This document shows positions 8,415-16,249 of a stretch of DNA of 64,000 bases, piece after piece (positions within the stretch are counted from its first letter, which is position 1; each line of letters starts with the position of its first letter). The DNA is taken from positions 140,073 through 204,072 of the forward strand of contig CAWBPO010000001.1 in assembly GCA_963790795.1 (NCBI GenBank), read 5' to 3'. Source of the DNA: an uncultured bacterium (GTDB taxonomy: Bacteria; Patescibacteriota; Minisyncoccia; Minisyncoccales; RBG-13-42-11). Below the pieces are notes generated by a model. That model had not been told where the DNA came from. It worked only from the letters and a program-made list of their open reading frames with translations, and did no database searches. The position numbers and the translations under genes were made by a program.

Positions 8415-8827
8415 TGGCAAGGATAAGTAAACCATCCTTCGCCCAAGCCCGTCCATTCGTTAACGCCGATTGTCAAAAAGAAAGTGTTGATTATCAGCCA
8501 AGCGCCGTAAACTATTATTAAGCCGAAAACCACAGAAGTTAAAAGGCTTTTCGCTCTGCTTAATCCGCCAGGATCTCCGGCAGAAGAAAAAAACATCACT
8601 CCTCCGATAACCAGCATTAAAGCGGCAATCGGCGGCACAATATCTATCAAAACAAAGTCAATAATTCTATCAAACATCACAAAAAAATGACAAAGCTTGC
8701 AAGGATTACCGGGTTCTCCGCAAGGGACAAGCCCTTCAGATTGAGCCAGAACCTGTCCGACAACAAAACAAAGAAATAATCCGGAAAAAACCAATAATAT
8801 GGCTAATCTTTTTTTCATGATTTTCAT
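8411..8827 (-). CDS. Small secreted two-TM pilin-like protein (TrbC/VirB2-like, the CPR T4SS-pilin type)
   Basis: 138 aa with a signal peptide (...VVGQVLAQS), a GLVPCG..C..C motif, then two hydrophobic helices separated by SSAGDPGGLSRAKS. The same module opens the proteins at 22919 and 23975. Confidence 0.6.
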   Translation of the reverse strand: MKIMKKRLAILLVFSGLFLCFVVGQVLAQSEGLVPCGEPGNPCKLCHFFVMFDRIIDFVLIDIVPPIAALMLVIGGVMFFSSAGDPGGLSRAKSLLTSVVFGLIIVYGAWLIINTFFLTIGVNEWTGLGEGWFTYPCQ

Positions 8828-8836
8828 TTTAAATAA

Positions 8837-9421
8837 TTAATCTTTTGGTTTTATAACTTGGTCAATTAAGCCGTATTCTTTAGCTTCTTCGGCTGATAAA
8901 TAAAAGTCCCTGTCAGTGTCTTTTTCAATCTTTGTCAGGGGTTGACCCGTATGTTTGGCCAAGATATTGTTCAACTTTTCTTTGATCTTAATGATTTGCT
9001 TGGCAGTAATTTCAATTTCCACTGCTTGGCCAGTAACGCCGCCTGCCACTTGATGCAGTAAAACTTGTGAATTGGGGAGAGCGAAACGCTTTCCTTTAGC
9101 TCCGGCTGCCAATAAGGTCGCTCCCATTGAAGCGGCTAATCCTGTACAAACCGTGGAAATATCAGGCTTTACATACTGCATGGTATCGTAAACAGCCATG
9201 CCAGCGGTTACAGAACCGCCTGGCGTGTTTATATAAAGCTGAATATCCTTTCCAGGGTCTTTTGAAGCCAAAAACAACATCTGGGCAATGATTGAATTCG
9301 CAGTTTGGTCGGTAATCGGCCCTGCCAAAAATATGATTCTGTCTTTTAAAAGGCGAGAATAAATATCGTACGCCCTTTCCCCATATTGTGATTTTTCAAT
9401 AACCGTAGGAATCAAATTCAT
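8837..9421 (-). CDS. clpP: ATP-dependent Clp protease proteolytic subunit
   Basis: 194 aa with a ClpP-typical sequence throughout ([33 protein letters not shown]). Confidence 0.95.
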   Translation of the reverse strand: MNLIPTVIEKSQYGERAYDIYSRLLKDRIIFLAGPITDQTANSIIAQMLFLASKDPGKDIQLYINTPGGSVTAGMAVYDTMQYVKPDISTVCTGLAASMGATLLAAGAKGKRFALPNSQVLLHQVAGGVTGQAVEIEITAKQIIKIKEKLNNILAKHTGQPLTKIEKDTDRDFYLSAEEAKEYGLIDQVIKPKD

Positions 9422-9536
9422 ACAAGTTTAATATATTATTTTAACATTTTTTAGTCAAACTTCAAAATAGCTTGCTTTTTGTTTTTGGTCGTGTAAGATT
9501 AAAAACTAGCGTTTCCCGAAAAGGAGGTGATAATAT

Positions 9537-10178
9537 TTGGGAAATTTTAAAAAGTTCACGGTTCTCTCTGTCGAAAAGAAGCTTCTGATTGTTTTTATTA
9601 TCGTTTGTCTGGCTTTGCCTTTCAGCTTTTCCCGCTCTCCCATGGAAATACTTTCTCATTCGTTCCCTCTCTTTGTTTATTTGCACGGAGCAGTAGGCTA
9701 CTGGCTTATCAGCGGCAAGCCTCTTTGGCAGACCAGCCTTGCCTGTTACGGTATAAGCACACTTGGAATCTTGTGCGTTTATTTCGGAACTTTCGGCATC
9801 AGCATCGTTTTTAAAAAAGCAGTAAACTGGCTGAAAAAACGGCTGGAAAAAGGAATGAAAGTTCCTTTTTCAAAAGACCAAATACTGATCTTGAAAAAAA
9901 TAACCGGATATCAAGCTCTAAATTCATTTGCCGAAAACAGAAAAAGAAGGATTACTGCCTGGTTGGATAAACAAAGCACCTGGATCATATTATTGTTTTT
10001 CTTTATCCCTGCGCTTGACTTTATCCCTGCGCTTGACGTTATCGCTGTTGCGGTTTTGGGAACAAAAAGGTTAAAATACGGCCACTGGTATTTGGCGATA
10101 GTAAACCTGCCCCGCATATTCCTCATTGTTTATCTGCTGAGCTTGGGAATAAACTTTGGGATACACTTATTTTCTTAA
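9537..10178 (+). CDS. Polytopic membrane protein, function unknown (TTG start)
   Basis: 213 aa with about 5 hydrophobic segments. AAGGAGGTGA lies 9 nt upstream of the TTG. It contains an in-frame 6-aa tandem duplication (IPALDF/IPALDV). Confidence 0.5.
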   Translation: MGNFKKFTVLSVEKKLLIVFIIVCLALPFSFSRSPMEILSHSFPLFVYLHGAVGYWLISGKPLWQTSLACYGISTLGILCVYFGTFGISIVFKKAVNWLKKRLEKGMKVPFSKDQILILKKITGYQALNSFAENRKRRITAWLDKQSTWIILLFFFIPALDFIPALDVIAVAVLGTKRLKYGHWYLAIVNLPRIFLIVYLLSLGINFGIHLFS

Positions 10179-10207
10179 AGCGCCTCTTTCTCTGATTGGG
10201 GCGCTTT
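10177..10207. terminator. Bidirectional terminator hairpin between the 9537 gene and hppA
   Basis: AAAGCGCC...GGCGCTTT is an 8-bp stem with a 15-nt loop. It sits exactly between the convergent stop codons at 10176-10178 and 10206-10208. Confidence 0.5.
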
Positions 10208-12188
10208 ATACTAGAAAAACAACAATCAATAAAGCAACGATATTGAGAACTTTTATCATCGGGTTTATGGCAGGACCTGCTGTATCTTTGTAAGGATCGC
10301 CGACCATGTCTCCGGTTACAGCTGATTGATGGGCAAAGCTTCCTTTTCCGCCGAAATTTCCTTCTTCAATGTATTTTTTGGCATTGTCCCAGGCAGCTCC
10401 GCCTGAAGTCATTGAAATTGCCAAAAAGATTCCGACAATAATTGAACCAATCAACAATCCGCCCAAAGCTTCCGGTCCCAGAACAAAACCAACCAAAATC
10501 GGGAAAATAACAGGCAAAAGAGCAGGCAATATCATTTCTTTTAAAGCAGCTTTGGTTACAATATCAACGCATTTTGAATAGTCGGGTCTTGCTTTTTCTT
10601 CCATCAATCCTTTTATTTCCTTAAACTGCCTTCTTACTTCATCAACCACCTTGCCTGCTGCCCTGCCCACTGCTGTCATTGATAAAGAAACAAAATAATA
10701 GGCGATAACCCCGCCGATAAAAAGACCGGCTAAAACCTTGGGATCTTCCAATGAAAACTGCACCTTTCTTCCCATATTCAGCAATTCCTGAGTGTAAGCT
10801 GAAAATAAAACCAGAGCAGCCAGACCAGCAGAAGCAATGGCATAAGCTTTGGTTACAGCTTTTGTGGTATTGCCGACAGAATCCAAAACGTCTGTTATCT
10901 TTCTGTTTTCTTCCGAGAGGCCGGCCATTTCTGAAATGCCTGCTGCATTGTCAGTTATCGGGCCGTAAGCGTCCAAAGCAATAATCAGTCCTGTCAGAGA
11001 AAGCATTGCTACAGCAGCAATAGCCAAGCCGTATGTTCCACCAAAAGCAAAGCTGATAAGAATGCCTGCAGAAATAATAAGAACAGGTAAAACCGTTGAT
11101 TTCATTCCTACTGCCAGACCGACAATGATATTGGGGCCGTGGCCTGACTGGGAAGCTGAAGCTATTGATTTGACAGGAGAATATTTTTTTGAGGTGAAAA
11201 ATTCAGTGATTATGAACATAAAAGCAGCAATTAAAAGACCGATTAAAGCTGGCAAATAAAGATTGACTGCTGGCATTTTCAAACTTTTGCTGAACTGTAA
11301 AATAGTTGGCAGGAAACCAATGGCTGATAATAAGCCGGCAGCAATTAATCCTTTGTAAAGAGCCGGCATAATGCTTTGGTTTTTGCCCAGCCTGACAAAA
11401 AAAGTTGAAATAATTGAAGCTAAAATTGCAATTGAGCCTAAAATTAAAGGAAGGAATATCGCTTCCGGCAAACTCGGAAAAAACAATCCTCCCAAAACCA
11501 TTGCAGCCACGACCGTCACCACATACGTTTCAAAAAGGTCAGCTGCCATTCCTGCGCAGTCACCAACATTGTCGCCGACCTGGTCAGCAATTACTGCCGG
11601 ATTTCTCGGATCGTCTTCTGGAATACCTTTTTCCACTTTGCCCACTAAATCAGCGCCTACATCAGCTGCTTTTGTGTAAATTCCGCCGCCCAACCTGGCA
11701 AAAACAGAAATCAAGCTTCCTCCGAATCCCAAAGCGATTAATGATTTCAAGTCCTGGGTTAAAAGATAAAAACCTGAAACAGAAAGCAATCCTAAGCCAA
11801 CAACCAAAAATCCTGTTATTGAACCGCCTTTAAAAGCCAAACTTAAAGCGGATTTTAAACCAGATTTAGCTGCTTCAGCCACTTTAACATTGGCTTTGGT
11901 TGAAACAATCATGCCAAGATAACCAGCCAGACCTGAAGCAAAAGCACCAATCAAAAAACCGATTGCTATTTTTATGCCCAAAGCTATCAAAAGAATGAAA
12001 AATATGACAATAGCCACTATTCCGCAAGTTTTGTACTGTCTTTTCAAAAAAGCCATAGCCCCCTCTTTTATAGCCTGGGAAATTTCAATCATTTTTCCCG
12101 AACCGGAAGGAGCCTTGTTTACTTCCTTGATTAGAAAGTAAGCGAAAATTAAAGAAAAAATGGAAATAATTATTGGGATAAATAACAT
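10206..12188 (-). CDS. hppA: Membrane-bound H+-translocating pyrophosphatase, K+-independent type
   Basis: 660 aa and highly hydrophobic. Motifs are [31 protein letters not shown] and [31 protein letters not shown] carries the Lys/Thr pair associated with K+ independence. Confidence 0.9.
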   Translation of the reverse strand: MLFIPIIISIFSLIFAYFLIKEVNKAPSGSGKMIEISQAIKEGAMAFLKRQYKTCGIVAIVIFFILLIALGIKIAIGFLIGAFASGLAGYLGMIVSTKANVKVAEAAKSGLKSALSLAFKGGSITGFLVVGLGLLSVSGFYLLTQDLKSLIALGFGGSLISVFARLGGGIYTKAADVGADLVGKVEKGIPEDDPRNPAVIADQVGDNVGDCAGMAADLFETYVVTVVAAMVLGGLFFPSLPEAIFLPLILGSIAILASIISTFFVRLGKNQSIMPALYKGLIAAGLLSAIGFLPTILQFSKSLKMPAVNLYLPALIGLLIAAFMFIITEFFTSKKYSPVKSIASASQSGHGPNIIVGLAVGMKSTVLPVLIISAGILISFAFGGTYGLAIAAVAMLSLTGLIIALDAYGPITDNAAGISEMAGLSEENRKITDVLDSVGNTTKAVTKAYAIASAGLAALVLFSAYTQELLNMGRKVQFSLEDPKVLAGLFIGGVIAYYFVSLSMTAVGRAAGKVVDEVRRQFKEIKGLMEEKARPDYSKCVDIVTKAALKEMILPALLPVIFPILVGFVLGPEALGGLLIGSIIVGIFLAISMTSGGAAWDNAKKYIEEGNFGGKGSFAHQSAVTGDMVGDPYKDTAGPAINPMIKVLNIVALLIVVFLV

Positions 12189-12272
12189 ATTATTAAAATT
12201 TCTAATTAACCTAATTTCTAATCAATGTCTAATTCTCAAATATCCAATGCCTAATTTTTAGTCATTTAGAAA

Positions 12273-13502
12273 TTAGTCATTAGGCATTTTTTTCGACTTT
12301 TTCTTTTTCGTTTCTTTTTTCTCTTTCGGTTTTTCTTCTTTTTCTTCCGTTGCTTCTTCAATATATCCTTCTGCCTTTACATCTATTTTCCAGCCGGTCA
12401 GTTTGGCTGCCAGCCTTACGTTTTGGCCGTCTTTGCCAATAGCTAAGGACAACTGTTCTTCAGGGACAAAAACCTGGGCTTTGCTTTTTGGCATTATCTT
12501 TACTTCCAGAACTTTGGCTGGAGACAGAGAATTGGCAATGTATTTTTCAGGGTCTGAGGAATACTCAATAATATCAATCTTTTCTCCTCCCAATTCATTG
12601 ATTACAGCCATAACCCTTGTTCCTTTTTGCCCGACCATTGAGCCTATCGGATCTATTCCTTCAATTTCAGCGCTGACAGCGATTTTTGAACGAAAACCCG
12701 CTTCTCTGGCAATTGATTTTATCTGAACCTGGCCTGAAGAAACTTCCGGCACTTCCAACTCAAAAAGCTTTGAAATCAGTTTTGGATAAGCCCTTGATAA
12801 AAGTATGACAGGGCCTCTTGGCATTTCTTCAACTTTTAAAAGATAAACTTTAAGGCGCTGGCCTGGTCTGTAAAATTCTCCGGGCACCTGCTCTTCTCTT
12901 GGCAAAATTCCCAAGGTTTTGCCAATGTCCATGAAAACGTTCCTTCCCTCAACTCTCTGAACGATTCCAGAAACTATTTCTCCTTCTTTGGATTTGTATT
13001 CCGTGAAAACGCTTTCCTTTTCCGCTTCCCTTATTTTTTGAAGAATAACCTGCTTTGCGGTTTGGGCGGCGATGCGGCCGTAATCCTTTTTTGTCTCCAA
13101 AGCAGTTTCCAATTCTTCACCAGCTTTGATTTTCGGATTTATTTTCTTGGCATCTTCAATCATAATATGCTTTTCAGGATTAAAATGGATTTTCCTGTTT
13201 TCTGGAGAAAGAGATTTTTCAGAATCTTTTGCCAAAGTTTCAGGCGATAAAACTTTCATTTTTTCCAGCTCTTCTTCCGAATAAATCATTTTTTTGTCTA
13301 GAACTATTTTCACTTGCCGAAACTGAACATCGCCTGATTCCGGCTCAAGCTTAGCTTTGATTATTTGTCCTCTCTTTCCGTAGTCCTTTTTATATGCTGC
13401 GGCAATCGCCACTTCAATGGTTTCCAAAACCTTTTCAGGGGAGATGCCTTTTTCTTCGGCAATCTGAGCGATTGCCGACATGAAAGATTTGATGTCAAAC
13501 AT
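12273..13502 (-). CDS. nusA: Transcription termination/antitermination factor NusA
   Basis: S1 domain (IVSGIVQRVEGRNVFMDIG), two KH domains (IGSMVGQKGTRV; AIGKDGQNVRLAAKLTGWKIDV) and a K/E-rich tail. I set the start at MFDIKSF (13502); the longer track start would cover an upstream hairpin. Confidence 0.9.
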   Translation of the reverse strand: MFDIKSFMSAIAQIAEEKGISPEKVLETIEVAIAAAYKKDYGKRGQIIKAKLEPESGDVQFRQVKIVLDKKMIYSEEELEKMKVLSPETLAKDSEKSLSPENRKIHFNPEKHIMIEDAKKINPKIKAGEELETALETKKDYGRIAAQTAKQVILQKIREAEKESVFTEYKSKEGEIVSGIVQRVEGRNVFMDIGKTLGILPREEQVPGEFYRPGQRLKVYLLKVEEMPRGPVILLSRAYPKLISKLFELEVPEVSSGQVQIKSIAREAGFRSKIAVSAEIEGIDPIGSMVGQKGTRVMAVINELGGEKIDIIEYSSDPEKYIANSLSPAKVLEVKIMPKSKAQVFVPEEQLSLAIGKDGQNVRLAAKLTGWKIDVKAEGYIEEATEEKEEKPKEKKETKKKKSKKMPND

Positions 13503-13515
13503 ATTTTTTAAAAAT

Positions 13516-13534
13516 GTCCGCAACTTTTGCGGAC
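13516..13534 (-). promoter_or_regulatory. Hairpin plus short U-run immediately upstream of nusA (terminator/attenuator candidate)
   Basis: GTCCGCAA-ctt-TTGCGGAC is a perfect 8-bp stem. On the minus strand it is followed by ATTTTTAAAAAAT and then the nusA ATG. Confidence 0.4.
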
Positions 13535-13599
13535 TAATTAAATAATAACAAATCAAAACAAACCGTCAATAGGGGAAAATATTTTTCTACTACTTAATA

Positions 13600-13671
13600 T
13601 GGACCCGGGCGGATTTGAACCGCCGACTTCCGCGATGCGAACGCGGCGTTCTACCACTGAACTACAGGCCC
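13600..13671 (-). tRNA. tRNA-Ala (anticodon CGC), no encoded CCA
   Basis: The reverse complement reads GGGCCTGTAGTTCAGTGGTAGAACGCCGCGTTCGCATCGCGGAAGTCGGCGGTTCAAATCCGCCCGGGTCCA. It has the G3:U70 Ala identity pair and anticodon loop TTCGCAT. Confidence 0.9.
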
Positions 13672-13676
13672 GACTT

Positions 13677-13747
13677 TCGGGGTGCTGGGAATTGAACCCA
13701 GGCCGCAGAGTCCCGAACCCTGTATACTGCCGTTATACTACACCCCG
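13677..13747 (-). tRNA. tRNA-Pro (anticodon CGG), no encoded CCA
   Basis: The reverse complement reads CGGGGTGTAGTATAACGGCAGTATACAGGGTTCGGGACTCTGCGGCCTGGGTTCAATTCCCAGCACCCCGA. The anticodon arm is CAGGG-TTCGGGA-CTCTG. Confidence 0.85.
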
Positions 13748-13753
13748 TCTAAT

Positions 13754-15223
13754 TTACGTTACCCAGTATTTTTTCTTTGTCATTTCATCTCTCTTTGTTT
13801 CTATTTTTTCCCTTTCTGCTTTTGCTTTTTTGGAAAAAGAAATTAGTTCTTTTTCTGACGATTTGCCTAATTTTTTGATTTCTCCTTCTAAAAATTCTTT
13901 TTTGTTCTTTTCCGGATCAGCTAAAACAGAACTAAGCAAAATATCTAATATTTGGCCCACCTTCGGCCCTGATTTGATATTTAGAATATCCATTACGTCC
14001 TTGCCGTTGGCTTTCAGCATTTTAGCTGAAATGGGGTCTTGGGAAACCTTCTCAATAATATACTTTAAATGCCTTAATTTGTATGGTTCAGCTTTGGGAA
14101 CTCCAGAACCGATCCTGTCTGCCATTCTCACCTGCAAAAGCTCTTCCATGTTTTCCGGGCCAGCTTCCCTGACTAATCTCCTGACTGAACTTTCACCAAC
14201 CTCTTCAGGATTATAGTAGAAAAGATGATATCTGACCAGCTTGACTATTTTTTCAATGTCTTTTTTGGGGAATTTCAACCTATTTAATATTTGGCTGGTC
14301 ATTTTCGCTCCGATTATTTCATGATTGTAAAAAGTGGAATCCTGGCCTTTTCCTCTTTTTGCTCTTGGCTTGCCTATATCATGAAATAAAGCAGCCATTC
14401 TTACATATTTGTTAAAATTCTTTTTAGCGGCATATTCCAAAGATTTTAAAGAATGGTCATAGCATTCATATATATGATGCTTGTTCTGGGAAACTTTATA
14501 GCCTTCTTCCAGCTCCGGAATAATATACTTTAACAAGCCTAACTCCCTTAAAAGTTCTATGCCTTCAGCTGCTCTTTCTGACATAATAATTTTCATTAAT
14601 TCATCCCTGATTCTTTCTTTGGAAATTTCCTGAAACAAAGAAGCATTCTTTTTTATGGCTTGGGCTGTCTTATTTTCAATCTGCCAGATACCAGAACCGT
14701 TTAAAGTCGTACTAAACCTGACTCCTCTCATCATGCGCAAAGCATCTTCTGAAAAGCGCTTCTGGGAGTCTCCAACAGCCCTAATTAATCTTGCTTTTAA
14801 ATCCTTTTGCCCGCTAAAAATGTCTTGGATTTGGTGTCTTGCCCCTTGTATATCCAAAGCAATGGCATTAACGGTAAAATCTCTTCTTGATAAGTCTTCT
14901 TTTATGGTTTTGGCGAATTTAACTTCGTCAGGGTGCCTTTTGTCGCTGTATTTCGCTTCAGAGCGATAAGTTGTTATCTCCACTTCTTTTAATGCTTGCT
15001 CTTTACTTTTAGTTTGGACAGTAACTGTCAGAAACTTATTCTCATAAAAACTGTTGGAGAATATCTTTTGTATTTCTTTGGGCTTGGCATTAGTGGCAAT
15101 ATCCCAATCTTCTGGCTTGGCTTTTCTTAAAATATCCCTAACGCAACCACCAACAATATAGGCTTCAAAGCCAGCTTTTTTCAGTTTTTCAATAATGGTT
15201 TTTATTTCCTTTGGAATCAGCAT
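13754..15223 (-). CDS. cca: CCA-adding enzyme / tRNA nucleotidyltransferase with HD domain
   Basis: 489 aa. The N-terminus has GFEAYIVGGCVRD...DWDIAT (pol-beta nucleotidyltransferase) and there is a central HD motif LFHDIGKP. Confidence 0.85.
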   Translation of the reverse strand: MLIPKEIKTIIEKLKKAGFEAYIVGGCVRDILRKAKPEDWDIATNAKPKEIQKIFSNSFYENKFLTVTVQTKSKEQALKEVEITTYRSEAKYSDKRHPDEVKFAKTIKEDLSRRDFTVNAIALDIQGARHQIQDIFSGQKDLKARLIRAVGDSQKRFSEDALRMMRGVRFSTTLNGSGIWQIENKTAQAIKKNASLFQEISKERIRDELMKIIMSERAAEGIELLRELGLLKYIIPELEEGYKVSQNKHHIYECYDHSLKSLEYAAKKNFNKYVRMAALFHDIGKPRAKRGKGQDSTFYNHEIIGAKMTSQILNRLKFPKKDIEKIVKLVRYHLFYYNPEEVGESSVRRLVREAGPENMEELLQVRMADRIGSGVPKAEPYKLRHLKYIIEKVSQDPISAKMLKANGKDVMDILNIKSGPKVGQILDILLSSVLADPEKNKKEFLEGEIKKLGKSSEKELISFSKKAKAEREKIETKRDEMTKKKYWVT

Positions 15224-15288
15224 ATTATTATCTTATCTCAAAAACTTGTTTTTTTCAATTAATCTGCTAGAATTAGAAAATGATGCGC

Positions 15289-15360
15289 GCCCCCGTGGCG
15301 TAATGGATAGCGTGTAAGTCTTCGGAACTTAAGGTGAGGGTTCGAATCCTTCCGGGGGCA
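15289..15360 (+). tRNA. tRNA-Arg (anticodon UCG), no encoded CCA
   Basis: Acceptor GCCCCCG/CGGGGGC, anticodon arm TAAGT-CTTCGGA-ACTTA, T arm GAGGG-TTCGAAT-CCTTC. Confidence 0.9.
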
Positions 15361-15367
15361 CAGACAG

Positions 15368-15440
15368 GCCCCCGTAGCTCAATTGGTAGAGCAGAGGACT
15401 CTTAATCCTTTGGTTCCGCGTTCAAGTCGCGGCGGGGGCA
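15368..15440 (+). tRNA. tRNA-Lys (anticodon CUU), no encoded CCA
   Basis: Acceptor GCCCCCG/CGGGGGC, D arm GCTC-AATTGGTA-GAGC, anticodon arm GAGGA-CTCTTAA-TCCTT, T arm CCGCG-TTCAAGT-CGCGG. Confidence 0.9.
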
Positions 15441-15467
15441 CAATAATAATTTTAAAATAAAAAACAT

Positions 15468-15734
15468 ATGCTTTCTCAACAGGAAAAAGAAAAAATAATC
15501 AAAAATTACAAACTGCATGATGTTGATACCGGTTCTCCGGAAGTACAGGTCGCTTTGCTGACAGAAGAAATCAAGCAGCTGCTTTTGCACTTGAAAAAGC
15601 ATGCCAAAGACGTTCACTCGAAAAGAGGATTGTTAAAAATGGTTTCAAAAAGGAGAAGCCTTTTAGGATACTTAAAGCAGGAAAGCGCAAAAAGATACAA
15701 CAGCATCATCAAAAAAATAGGATTAAAAAAGTAA
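15468..15734 (+). CDS. rpsO: 30S ribosomal protein S15
   Basis: 88 aa: ...[53 protein letters not shown]. Confidence 0.95.
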   Translation: MLSQQEKEKIIKNYKLHDVDTGSPEVQVALLTEEIKQLLLHLKKHAKDVHSKRGLLKMVSKRRSLLGYLKQESAKRYNSIIKKIGLKK

Positions 15735-15736
15735 AC

Positions 15737-16243
15737 ATGGTAATAAAACATTCAGGTCAAAGAGTAGCGGTGTTGATTGACGTTCAAAATCTTTATCACT
15801 CTGCCAAAAATCTGCATGGTGCCCGGGTTAATTTCGGAGCCATTTTAAAAGTGGCTGTTTCCAATAGAAACTTAATCAGGGCTTTTGCCTATGTTGTTAA
15901 AACAAAAACTGGAGAAGAAAAGCCTTTTTTCGAAGCATTGATAAAGCTGGGCATTGAAACCAGGGTCAGGGATTTGCAGGAATTTTTCGGTGGGTTGAAA
16001 AAAGCTGACTGGGATGTCGGCATTACGGTTGACGCAATAAGAATCGCCCAGAGCTGTGATTCTGTTGTTTTGTGTTCGGGAGACGGCGATTTCTTTCAAT
16101 TGGTGGAATATTTAAAAAACCAGGGGAAAAGAGTGGAGGTTGTTGCTTTTGGCAGGTCCTCTTCTGCTAAATTAAAAGAATCTGCTGATGAATTCATTGA
16201 TTTGGAAAAAAACCTGGAAAAATATTTATTAAAAACAAGATAA
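15737..16243 (+). CDS. NYN-domain (LabA-like) predicted ribonuclease
   Basis: 168 aa. RVAVLIDVQNLYHSAK, a Flavodoxin-like core and CSGDGDF match the NYN/LabA pattern as I know it. It is wedged 2 nt after rpsO and 6 nt before pnp. Confidence 0.6.
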   Translation: MVIKHSGQRVAVLIDVQNLYHSAKNLHGARVNFGAILKVAVSNRNLIRAFAYVVKTKTGEEKPFFEALIKLGIETRVRDLQEFFGGLKKADWDVGITVDAIRIAQSCDSVVLCSGDGDFFQLVEYLKNQGKRVEVVAFGRSSSAKLKESADEFIDLEKNLEKYLLKTR

Positions 16244-16249
16244 ATTTAA

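Noticed and set aside
9462-9686. 74-aa minus-strand ORF in the clpP upstream region
   Set aside because: It overlaps the start of the better-supported plus-strand membrane protein, which has a strong SD. Its sequence is basic and low-complexity with no motif.
13599-14216. 205-aa plus-strand ORF from the track
   Set aside because: Its first 50 codons are the reverse complement of two well-folded tRNA genes. The rest is antisense to the clearly real cca gene, and the sequence is low-complexity F/S/L-rich. It is a shadow ORF.
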